64,000 nucleotides of DNA from Bacteroidales bacterium (GTDB lineage Bacteria; Bacteroidota; Bacteroidia; Bacteroidales; Bacteroidaceae): the NCBI GenBank assembly GCA_030528885.1, contig JAUMXY010000005.1, positions 6,924 through 70,923 on the forward strand, given 5' to 3'. Made by a program: the position numbers and the translations under genes. The notes beneath the pieces are model-generated. The model did not search any database. It was not told the origin of the DNA and was given only the letters and a program-made list of their open reading frames with translations. This document shows positions 10,149 through 18,842 of the stretch, in pieces; within the stretch, counting starts at the first letter, position 1; each line of letters opens with the position of its first letter.

Positions 10149-10682
10149 TTAATCAATATAGTTCTTATAATATCTTTCGACTACTTGATGAATATATTCG
10201 TTGTCCTTCTTGCTGCACTTACGTACATATTTATTGAATTCCGTCTCTTTCCCGTATTCCAATTTGCGAAGTTGGCGAAGACGTTCCATTGCATTCTTAT
10301 CATCGATGCGATTGTAATGCAGATCGAAGAAAAGTTGTTCCACATCGTGGAAATAGTTCTGATAGAACATGCCAATGGCATCCAACTTACTCAACTCTTC
10401 CTCACTTTGGAGGAAACGAAGAATGTCGGACTTACAGGACAATATCGCCGTCATTATCACCAAGGCAGCGGGAGAAATCCATGATTCATATTCTCTAAAG
10501 AAGGTTGCTCCAATGCCCACAAAGAGCAACATGCTGTCCACCCATCGGTTCCACTTCCTCTTGCGATCTGTGTAAAGCAATGCCTCATTGAAGTATGTGA
10601 GTGCCTTCTTGAGTTCTTCCCACAAAATGTTCTCGGTTGCACTTAAGCTGTCAGCCCCTTTAACCGCCTTTTCTTTTGCCAT
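10149..10682 (-). CDS. two-TM helical protein (possibly SLATT-like)
   Basis: ORF 10149..10745 trimmed to MAKEKAVKG. Two adjacent TM helices (WVDSMLLFVGIGATFF, ISPAALVIMTAILSC) are flanked by helical regions. The SLATT resemblance is by pattern only. Confidence 0.4.
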   Translation of the reverse strand: MAKEKAVKGADSLSATENILWEELKKALTYFNEALLYTDRKRKWNRWVDSMLLFVGIGATFFREYESWISPAALVIMTAILSCKSDILRFLQSEEELSKLDAIGMFYQNYFHDVEQLFFDLHYNRIDDKNAMERLRQLRKLEYGKETEFNKYVRKCSKKDNEYIHQVVERYYKNYID

Positions 10683-10932
10683 ATTTAAATTGTTTGACTG
10701 GGTATTTCCTTTTTCCAACTTTATCGTATCTGATGATTTTACCATTAGGTAATAGTATCTCTTTTAGAACAATTTCTTTTATCAATCCACGTTTTCTTAT
10801 CTCTTTAAGATACCTCAGATTATTCCTTCGCCTCTGTCCCCCTCTTACTGGAGGAGGATCTATCGGAGGTATATATGGAACAGCACATACAATATTATAC
10901 TTATTTACCGAAGTCATCACTTTTCTTTCCAT
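10660..10932 (-). CDS. small basic hypothetical protein
   Basis: 90-aa ORF, Lys/Arg-rich, with a 23-nt overlap onto the downstream ORF. No recognisable family. Confidence 0.3.
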   Translation of the reverse strand: MERKVMTSVNKYNIVCAVPYIPPIDPPPVRGGQRRRNNLRYLKEIRKRGLIKEIVLKEILLPNGKIIRYDKVGKRKYPVKQFKYGKRKGG

Positions 10933-11033
10933 CTTGTAATATTTACATTTTATTATTTCCTTTATGAAATTCGATGCAAATATACAATATATATTATATA
11001 AACAAAAAAAAAAAAACGATATTTTTCAATTTA

Positions 11034-11066
11034 TTTGCATAATTTACTTATTAATCATTAATTTTG
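11034..11066 (+). promoter_or_regulatory. Bacteroidetes-type promoter (-33 TTTG / -7 TAATTTTG) for the SPT-like gene
   Basis: TTTG at 11034-11037 and TAATTTTG (TAnnTTTG consensus) at 11059-11066, 32 nt upstream of the ATG at 11098. Confidence 0.5.
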
Positions 11067-11097
11067 CAGCATTTAATTAAACTAATTATATACAATT

Positions 11098-12336
11098 ATG
11101 ATTAAAGAAAATAAATTTCTATCATTGAAAGATTATGAATTCTCAATGGAAGTGGACGCCGCAACCAGAGCAGAGGCATTCCAAGACTACATCCACCAGA
11201 TGGAACAGTTTGAAACAAAACCCTATTGGGTCATGGCAACAAGTGGCGTCGGGGCAAAAATGAAACTTGATGGCTGTGATGATACCATTTCCGCATACAT
11301 CTCCAATGACTACCTTGGGATGTCCCAACGTCAGGAAACCATCGAAGCGGGAATTGAAGCCCTCCGCAAGTACGGCACAGGAGCATGTGCTGCCCAAGTC
11401 ATTGGTGGCTATCTTGACATCCACAAAAAGCTTGAAGGGGACATAGCCGATTTTGTGGGGCAAGAGGATGCCATCCTCTTCTCATCGGGTTTTGGCGCCA
11501 ACACGGGGTTGCTCAATGCCATCTTGGGAAAGAATGACATCGCCTATGTGGATTCGTACATCCACACCAGTGCAACCAGCGGACTACGGGGCACCAACAT
11601 CAAACACATCGGGCACAATGACCTTGAATATCTTGACATGATACTGGGCAAGGAAGAGGGGGCATACAAGACACGCCTGGTCATCATCGATGGTGTTTAC
11701 TCTCAGAATGGCGACTTGTCTAAACTACCGGAATACATTTCTGTGTGCAAGAAGCATCACTGTCTGTTGATGATGGACGATGCGCATGGCATTGGTGTAA
11801 TGGGGAAGAACGGGCGAGGAACAGCAGAACATTTCGATTGTCTGGGGAAGGTGGATATTATCACTGGAACATTCAGTAAGTCCTTCGGGTGTGTCGGGGG
11901 CTTTGTGGCGGCATCCTCCAAGATGATAGAATACCTGAGGTTCTATGCAGACAGCAACGTTTTTTCCGCTGCCATCACACCGCAGGTGACGGGCTCCATC
12001 CTGAAAGCCCTGGAACTGATTAAGACAAGGCCTGAAATCAGAAAGAAGCTTTGGGACAATGTGAATTATCTACGGAACAGATTGCAAAGTGCTGGCTTTG
12101 ACATAGGGCAATCCGAGTCTCCAATCTTCCCCGTTATGGTCAGAGACAATGAAAAGGTATATAGAATCGCTGACATGTTGCAGAAAAAGCGTATCTTTGC
12201 AAGCGGAATCGTTTACCCTGCCGTCAGGACAAAGGAGGCGAGGATCAGAATCAGCCTGCTCGCTTCACATGATACAGACCAGCTTGAACAGCTTGCTGTT
12301 GCACTGGAGGAGATAAGGGATGTGATTCCATTCTAA
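11098..12336 (+). CDS. PLP-dependent alpha-oxoamine synthase (serine palmitoyltransferase / KBL / BioF-like)
   Basis: 412 aa with DDAHG and the PLP-lysine motif GTFSKSFG. Class-II aminotransferase architecture. Confidence 0.85.
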   Translation: MIKENKFLSLKDYEFSMEVDAATRAEAFQDYIHQMEQFETKPYWVMATSGVGAKMKLDGCDDTISAYISNDYLGMSQRQETIEAGIEALRKYGTGACAAQVIGGYLDIHKKLEGDIADFVGQEDAILFSSGFGANTGLLNAILGKNDIAYVDSYIHTSATSGLRGTNIKHIGHNDLEYLDMILGKEEGAYKTRLVIIDGVYSQNGDLSKLPEYISVCKKHHCLLMMDDAHGIGVMGKNGRGTAEHFDCLGKVDIITGTFSKSFGCVGGFVAASSKMIEYLRFYADSNVFSAAITPQVTGSILKALELIKTRPEIRKKLWDNVNYLRNRLQSAGFDIGQSESPIFPVMVRDNEKVYRIADMLQKKRIFASGIVYPAVRTKEARIRISLLASHDTDQLEQLAVALEEIRDVIPF

Positions 12337-12365
12337 GAGCTTGCACCAACAACCATAATTAGAAC

Positions 12366-13070
12366 ATGAGTACGGAAAAGAAAACACGCTACAGGCGTAC
12401 AAAGGCAGACATCACGGAAGACATCAGGAAAGCCGCCGTTGACCAAGTGATGAAACGTGGCTTTTCGGCATCATTGGTGACGGAAATCATCAAGAAGGCA
12501 AAAATAGAGCCTCCTGTCTTTTACCATAGATACAAAAACATTGACGAATTCTACAGCGAGTTTGTCAAGGGGTGCGACTATTGGTTTTCGGATATCGCGG
12601 ACAAAGCCATGAAGGGGAGCGACAATCCCAAAGAACAGTTCCTCGCCCTCATGGAGGGATTGCAGGAAGCCCTGAAGGAAAAGTCGGTGATGCACGAGCT
12701 GTTACGTTGGGAAATTGCTGAAGGGAATGACACAACCAAGAGGACTGCCACACTCCGAGAAATGTTCACCCTGCCTCTGGCGGACAAATACAATGCACTG
12801 TTTGCAGACACGGGCATCGACTTTGTGGCACTTGCCTCACTCTTGATTGGAGGGCTCTATTATCTGCATCTCCATAGAGAACGTTCCACATTCTGCAACA
12901 TTGACATGGAGAAGGAGGAGGGGACCCAACGCATCGAAAAGGCAATAAAGACCTTCACCAACATCATCTTCTCCTTTCTCGAACGCAGGGACACCAAACA
13001 AGACGTGGCAGAAAGGATGAGAGCCAAGGGTATCGACGAGCAAACCATCAAGGAGTGCCTGTTGATATGA
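12366..13070 (+). CDS. TetR/AcrR-family transcriptional regulator
   Basis: 234 aa with an N-terminal TetR HTH (IRKAAVDQVMKRGFSASLVTEIIKKAKIEPPVFYHRYKN). Confidence 0.8.
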   Translation: MSTEKKTRYRRTKADITEDIRKAAVDQVMKRGFSASLVTEIIKKAKIEPPVFYHRYKNIDEFYSEFVKGCDYWFSDIADKAMKGSDNPKEQFLALMEGLQEALKEKSVMHELLRWEIAEGNDTTKRTATLREMFTLPLADKYNALFADTGIDFVALASLLIGGLYYLHLHRERSTFCNIDMEKEEGTQRIEKAIKTFTNIIFSFLERRDTKQDVAERMRAKGIDEQTIKECLLI

Positions 13071-13072
13071 TT
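12772..13072 (+). repeat. direct repeat, left copy (functional 3' end of the TetR gene)
   Basis: Aligns by eye with 23629..23927. I count about 28 differences over ~300 nt, including one 1-nt indel. Confidence 0.85.
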
Positions 13073-13449
13073 CATGGCTTCATATTACGTTTTATACATG
13101 TAAAACTGAAATCTCTATATGTCTTACTAAGGGAAAAACGCAAATCATTTATTATAGCAAAAAGCCATATCTGTTTTCACGGCTCCGGGCACAGCTCCGG
13201 TCAATACAATGGCAATGACAAATAGTTGTGAAAACACTTTCTCGCTTTTAAAGACAATTTCGTGATTCACTCTTAGCTGAAAAACAAGTAGCTATGATTC
13301 ACTTTGAATCGTAAAGAAGTTCCCTCAAATGTATGATCTGATTATTATCTGATAGAGAATTAAAAATCGATACTTAATAACAAAGATGAAGGAAGTAAGA
13401 GTTGACTATTCCCATGAGCATGATGTGAGAATAAAATCAAATTTGAAAT

Positions 13450-16212
13450 ATGGAGAATTTAAGTAAAGCGATAAAAGCTCTTTTCGTAAAAATGAGCGGA
13501 GATGAGATTCTAAAACATGCAGGATTCTTACCTCTCGAGAAGACAGATCACATAGAAAATGACAATCAGAGACTTGATTCAAACATACCAGAGTCTATTG
13601 TCATAAACAAACTATTACAAGTTGATTTTGAAAGCACTATCGACCAACTCAATATTGTTTATCAAATAATACAAGACAAGTGGGTCATCAAAGACAAATC
13701 AAATTTAGACTTACAATTTCGTAATAGTGATTCGGTCTTTAATGCGCTTCTTCATTTTGCATCCAAATGTCTCACTGTAAAAGATGGAGAGCCTCTTTGT
13801 CAATATCGCACATTATTACGTTGGCATTTAATTGCAGGACAAGTTGGTGAAGATCTTCTAACGACAGCATTTATTGCATCGCATGATATAAAACGAAAGA
13901 AAAGGAGAAGTACATTCGATTGGAGTGCTTATTTGGGACATGACTGCAAAGAACTAAATTATATTCTTGAGAAACCGATGGCAGAATTGCACATGCACCT
14001 GAAAGGTTCTTCATTCAATTTTGACTTGAGTTGGTCATGTCTGATGAACCATATTGGCATTATGCAAAGCCGTTTTGAATTAGAACATCCTCTTCACCCA
14101 TATATTGATCCCGATAAGACTCTTTATGAAAAAGTGAGGAGAGCTGCAGCTATTAGATACTATTTGGCTGTTGCTGTTGGTTGTGTTAAAGATGACCTGT
14201 CATTAGCACAATTATATTCTTTTTTGAACGACAAAGTGGATGAAAAAAATCTTCCGAAAAAAAACGAAGAAAGAGAATTTAGGAAAAATGAATGGAGAAT
14301 TAAAAACGAAGAAAGAAAATTTAGGAAAAAGGAATTGGGAATTGAAAAAGAAGTAGATATCCTTGAAAAAATAGACAAAAGTCGCGAGAAGACGAAGAGA
14401 TTTATCAAAGAAAAGTTTGAACAGGCTAAAATCAATCAACATTTTAGTGATCAATTAACGGATAATGATATTATTGATTACATCCCCGTGCTGCATTATG
14501 AAAGTGAGCCTATTGAAAACAAGGTCTTAGCTCCAGAAAGAGCTTTGATGTATTCTGTTTTCTCTGCTATTTATGGGGGTAATGAGGAGTCATCTAATAT
14601 TGCGACATTATTCTATGCATATCTGGCATATAAAACATATTTCAGAAATGCGATTATACAGTTGAACGAGAGGGTTGGTTTTGCCAATTTTGCCAGTTAT
14701 GAGGAAAGAAAGACCGACTATATCCTTGAGGATTATTATCATTTACTGTATAAAGCAGCCATTGAAGGTTTCTTGGAAAAAGGAACAGACAGATATATTG
14801 AAGCAAGAGTTGTTCCCAAAGATACAGAAGAAGGCATAGTTAGATCACTTTTTGACTATTGTAAAGAAATCGATGAAAAATACAAGAAGAAGTACTCGTT
14901 TATCTTTCATTTCATCAAACAAAGAGATGAACCTAAAGGAGAAGGCTTCTATCGACATTATGATTTACGACATGCAATAAAAAAACAGGCTTATGCCATC
15001 TATCAGTTTAGAAGTAATAGAAAAAACTGGGAAGGTGACAACAACTTGGTAGGCAAGGTCGTTGGTTTGGATGCTGCAAATTCCGAGGTGTTCTGTAGAC
15101 CAGAGGTCTATGCACAGGCTTTCAGGTTTCTAAGAGGACACGAGATAACAATTGATGAAGAGACGGAAGAATATCCTAAAGATCTTAATATTACTTATCA
15201 TGTAGGTGAGGATTATATGGATATTGCTGATGGATTGCGGTCCGTGGAAGAGGCTATGCTTTTCTTAAACTTAGGAAACGGAGACCGTCTAGGACATGCA
15301 CTTGTACTTGGTACTGATGTTAGAAGTTATTATGAAAAGCGTTATTATACCATATGCGCAAGTAAACAGGTCATATTAGACAATTTAGCATGGTTGCATC
15401 ACAAATGTATTCGTTTGACAGGTTACACACAACTATGTGGATGGCTGGACATCATGTTTTTGAAATATTTTGATGATATTTATGGGAAGCATGATGAGAA
15501 GGAGGATAATATCATTGATTTGTTTTTTACCGATGAAAAGAATAAAAATCTTTCAGACGATATCAATGACTATTATCTGTCTTGGTTGTTGAGAGGTGAT
15601 TCACCCGTCATTGGAACGGAATTGGCTAATGAAAATTTAGAAAGAATGGTCTCAACAATTGACAGGCAATGGGTATATGCGGGTATGAATCATCAAGTTT
15701 GTGCAGAGGTCGCTCTAAAAAATGAACGTGCCCGAGATTTATTCGATGCTTACCATTCTTACAAATATGCAAAAAAAGGATATTTAGGAGATACACTGAC
15801 TATACCACCTATGTATAGAGACGAATGGTATATGCTTTTGGAGAAAATACAGCAGCAACTTCTCGAAAAGGTCGAGAAAAGACACATCGCTATTGAATGC
15901 AATCCTTCATCGAATTTTAAGATTGGTGAAATCGAACGATATGACGAGCATCCTATTATTAAATTCTTTAACTATGGTCTTAAGACTCCATACCCTCGGC
16001 ATGATATTGCAGTTTCTATCAACACGGATGATCAGGGTGTTTTTGCCACCTCTTTAGAACGTGAATATTCGCTCATGGCTTTGGCGATAGAAAGAAATCG
16101 TCATAAGGAATATGAGAATTCTCCAAGAGCTATTTGGGAATGGCTTGATAGAGTAAGGGAACTTTCTATGGAACAAAGGTTTAACAAAATAAATCAACAG
16201 AAAAATGGATAA
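13450..16212 (+). CDS. large adenosine/AMP-deaminase-fold metallo-hydrolase (RdrB/Cad1-like catalytic core, novel N-terminus and insertions)
   Basis: 920 aa. Catalytic motifs: ELHMHLKGS (His181/His183), TYHVGEDY (His584, Glu587), GDRLGHAL (His616), IECNPSSN, SINTDDQGVF (Asp860/Asp861). The gene is visibly AT-rich. It carries a K/E-rich insertion containing a 14-aa tandem repeat. Confidence 0.8.
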   Translation: MENLSKAIKALFVKMSGDEILKHAGFLPLEKTDHIENDNQRLDSNIPESIVINKLLQVDFESTIDQLNIVYQIIQDKWVIKDKSNLDLQFRNSDSVFNALLHFASKCLTVKDGEPLCQYRTLLRWHLIAGQVGEDLLTTAFIASHDIKRKKRRSTFDWSAYLGHDCKELNYILEKPMAELHMHLKGSSFNFDLSWSCLMNHIGIMQSRFELEHPLHPYIDPDKTLYEKVRRAAAIRYYLAVAVGCVKDDLSLAQLYSFLNDKVDEKNLPKKNEEREFRKNEWRIKNEERKFRKKELGIEKEVDILEKIDKSREKTKRFIKEKFEQAKINQHFSDQLTDNDIIDYIPVLHYESEPIENKVLAPERALMYSVFSAIYGGNEESSNIATLFYAYLAYKTYFRNAIIQLNERVGFANFASYEERKTDYILEDYYHLLYKAAIEGFLEKGTDRYIEARVVPKDTEEGIVRSLFDYCKEIDEKYKKKYSFIFHFIKQRDEPKGEGFYRHYDLRHAIKKQAYAIYQFRSNRKNWEGDNNLVGKVVGLDAANSEVFCRPEVYAQAFRFLRGHEITIDEETEEYPKDLNITYHVGEDYMDIADGLRSVEEAMLFLNLGNGDRLGHALVLGTDVRSYYEKRYYTICASKQVILDNLAWLHHKCIRLTGYTQLCGWLDIMFLKYFDDIYGKHDEKEDNIIDLFFTDEKNKNLSDDINDYYLSWLLRGDSPVIGTELANENLERMVSTIDRQWVYAGMNHQVCAEVALKNERARDLFDAYHSYKYAKKGYLGDTLTIPPMYRDEWYMLLEKIQQQLLEKVEKRHIAIECNPSSNFKIGEIERYDEHPIIKFFNYGLKTPYPRHDIAVSINTDDQGVFATSLEREYSLMALAIERNRHKEYENSPRAIWEWLDRVRELSMEQRFNKINQQKNG

Positions 16213-16597
16213 AATATTTTTAAAAGAGTGTTTCTTGCAGAAGACAAATCAGTATGAAGCATTAGACGTATTATCTAAAGATGAAAATGATTTGAGACTC
16301 GGTTCGTTTCTATTTCTTTGTTTTGACGAGAAAAAAGATAAGGAGAAAAAACTAGTTTTTGCAAAAACAAAAGTTAAAGATGGAAATATAGAGGGTGAAG
16401 AAAAAACAATAGGCATCCTATCTGAAGAAGATGCGAAAGAAATTAAGCCGTATCTTGAAGTGGGAAGAATGGACCTATATGAATGTCGAATTAGTAAATT
16501 TGACAAGGATGGAGATGAAAACAAAAGGTTTAGCATTGCCATTTTCATAGTATCAAAGGACTACGTCAATCGACAACAAGGAAAGGCCAGACGCTAA
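16205..16597 (+). CDS. small partner protein, possibly HIRAN-like
   Basis: 130 aa. The start overlaps the deaminase stop by 8 nt (ATGGATAA). The C-terminal half, TIGILSEEDAKEIKPYLEVGRMDLYECRISKF...RFSIAIFIV, resembles the HIRAN pattern (vGyl....a..l.plld.g.....), but the NpyD signature is absent. Confidence 0.45.
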   Translation: MDKIFLKECFLQKTNQYEALDVLSKDENDLRLGSFLFLCFDEKKDKEKKLVFAKTKVKDGNIEGEEKTIGILSEEDAKEIKPYLEVGRMDLYECRISKFDKDGDENKRFSIAIFIVSKDYVNRQQGKARR

Positions 16598-16621
16598 TCC
16601 TCAACATAATGGTGAGGGAGC

Positions 16622-18838
16622 TTAATCTATCAAAGCTTTAAGGTCTTCCAATGAAAGATGCTCGTTTGCAGCATTAAACTGCTCCGTTGTCTGACGTTTA
16701 CGGTTCTGTAGAAGGAGTATTTTCTCCTCGACAGTGTCTTTACAAACAAGGCGTAGCGCTAAAACATTCTTCTTCTGACCGATGCGATGGGAACGTCCCA
16801 TTGCCTGGTCTTCGACTGCGGGATTCCACCAGTCATCTAAAAGGATGACACGATCGGCTGCTGTCAGGTTGAGACCTACGCCCCCGGCCTTAAGACTTAT
16901 TAAAAAGACGGTTATTGATGAATCTGACTGAAACCGTTCTACAGGTGTCTTTCTGTCACGGGTGTCACCATAAAGTGTGACAAATCGGATACCTGCTTCC
17001 TGAAGTTTAGATTCCATCTGATGGAGAGCTGTTACAAACTGAGAGAACACCAATACCTGATGGCCTTCTGAACGGAATGCGTCAATATAATCAATAGCAA
17101 CAGGAAATTTTGATGGAATGCAGGCCTGACGTAACCGTAGAAGTCCTTCTAATGCAATACTACTGAGACGACCACTCAAACCTGTTGCAAAAGCTTGAAG
17201 GATAGCAGTGTGGATGTTTTGATAGTTCTTCCGTTCTTGATCTGTCAATTCAATAAAGATAATTTTTTCTATCCGTTCAGGTAAATCCGAAAGAACCACT
17301 TGCTTCTCCCTGCGTAGAATAAATGGCTTCAGCAGTTTACTGGTTATACTTATATAAGTTTCAGGCTGGGTCTGAACACCTAATCTGTGGAGGCGTTGGT
17401 ACAAACTTTTCAGTGGTGGCATCAGTATCATGAAATGAGACCATAGTTCTTCTATAGAATTTTCAATGGGGGTGCCAGTAAGTATGATTTTATGCTTGCA
17501 GTCAAGTTTGCTTATTGCCTGGTATTTTTTTGTCTGTCTATTTTTTACAATCTGGGCTTCGTCAATGATAATTGTATCGTAATGATGATTTATATAGTTT
17601 TCAAGATGGATACGTAGCATGTCATAGCTAACAAGTGTGAGCTGAGGCATCAATTGTGGAGCAAAACGGAGGATTTCATTCTGCCAATTATATATTAAAG
17701 AGGTTGGAGCAATTATAAGATGTTGGACTTGGACATCCAGACAACAGAGGTGGGCAATGACTTGAAGTGTCTTGCCAAGTCCCATTTCATCAGCCAGTAG
17801 ACAACCATGATGGTTCTTACGTTGCTGTTGGAGCCAAAAAACGCCATCTTCTTGATAATTTCGGAGGGTTGCAAGGATTTTTTTATTAATTGTATCTTTA
17901 ATAAATTGTCGTTCCGATGACGAAAGAGGAACGTTTTCCTGATATAGCTGAAGTACATCGGTAGTGCCCCCTAATAGTTTGATAGTTGTTTTATCATCGC
18001 TTTTCTCTGCATCTTTACGTTGGAAGATTGTAATATGACCATCACTTTCATGATAATTGCGACTGTTAAGATAGCCGTCAAGCAACTGCTGGGCAAACTC
18101 TGAAGAGGATATGTCCTCTGTTGAAAACCAAATAATACCCGAAGGTTCACGATGAGCATAAGCTTTTGACAACTTCTGTTCTTGGTTGGGTACGTAAAGA
18201 GTCCACCCATTGTTTACGAATTCTTGAAGTTGTTGGGTATCTGGTTCATCCAAATTCAAGGTTGCAGTGGTTGCATCATAAGAATCTCCAAGTTTTGACA
18301 ATAAAGAAGACTCCGCGTCGTAATCTCTTTGGAAAAGCTTGTTGTCTGAAGTAACAAATGGGAGTGAAGAAAAAGTGGGATAAAAGGAGCTAAGTGCATC
18401 AGCATAGCGCAATCTTACCTGAAGGTTGTGATGCCAAGAATTGATATTACTGATATATAATTCTCCTCCGATGAGTCGTCCAATCTTAATTTTGTCAGTT
18501 TGATTGTTTGAAGGTAGTTTAATTTGCCCTTTTTTTATGCTGCCTTTGGGAGCAGATTCTACAAAATTATATGGATGACATATGATGACATGCTGAACAA
18601 GCGGATTTTCTAAAAGACGGTGAGGAATACGAAATGGCTGAGTCGATAGTCCTGCGTGATTAAGTAAGGAAATAAGTTCATTGGACGTAGAAATCCCTGA
18701 TTTCTGAATGTCACTGAGTGTTACTTTGCGCTGAAAAGGGGCAATAGTTTTGCTATTCCCTTCCAGGCATACTTCTACACGTATAGCCGGAATCGGTTTG
18801 GCATATTGTTCGGAAATGCAAAGCAGGCGGTAGGACAT
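16622..18838 (-). CDS. SNF2-family ATPase/translocase with uncharacterised ~330-aa N-terminal region
   Basis: 738 aa. Motifs: LADEMGLGKT (I), IIIDEAQIVKN (II), LTGTPIENS (III), VLVFSQF, GGVGLNLTAADRVILLDDWWNPAVEDQAMGRSHRIGQ (V/VI). Starts 4 nt after the rSAM stop. Confidence 0.9.
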   Translation of the reverse strand: MSYRLLCISEQYAKPIPAIRVEVCLEGNSKTIAPFQRKVTLSDIQKSGISTSNELISLLNHAGLSTQPFRIPHRLLENPLVQHVIICHPYNFVESAPKGSIKKGQIKLPSNNQTDKIKIGRLIGGELYISNINSWHHNLQVRLRYADALSSFYPTFSSLPFVTSDNKLFQRDYDAESSLLSKLGDSYDATTATLNLDEPDTQQLQEFVNNGWTLYVPNQEQKLSKAYAHREPSGIIWFSTEDISSSEFAQQLLDGYLNSRNYHESDGHITIFQRKDAEKSDDKTTIKLLGGTTDVLQLYQENVPLSSSERQFIKDTINKKILATLRNYQEDGVFWLQQQRKNHHGCLLADEMGLGKTLQVIAHLCCLDVQVQHLIIAPTSLIYNWQNEILRFAPQLMPQLTLVSYDMLRIHLENYINHHYDTIIIDEAQIVKNRQTKKYQAISKLDCKHKIILTGTPIENSIEELWSHFMILMPPLKSLYQRLHRLGVQTQPETYISITSKLLKPFILRREKQVVLSDLPERIEKIIFIELTDQERKNYQNIHTAILQAFATGLSGRLSSIALEGLLRLRQACIPSKFPVAIDYIDAFRSEGHQVLVFSQFVTALHQMESKLQEAGIRFVTLYGDTRDRKTPVERFQSDSSITVFLISLKAGGVGLNLTAADRVILLDDWWNPAVEDQAMGRSHRIGQKKNVLALRLVCKDTVEEKILLLQNRKRQTTEQFNAANEHLSLEDLKALID

Positions 18839-18842
18839 AGGC

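Noticed and set aside
11004-11016. A13 homopolymer in the divergent intergenic region as a phase-variation switch
   Set aside because: It lies about 18 nt upstream of the candidate -33 element rather than between the promoter elements or in a coding region, and nothing in a single sequence shows length variability.
13450-16212. Calling the deaminase a canonical RADAR system
   Set aside because: RADAR requires the RdrA ATPase adjacent to RdrB. No such gene is present: upstream is 380 nt of non-coding sequence and a TetR gene. I can claim only an RdrB/Cad1-like catalytic fold.
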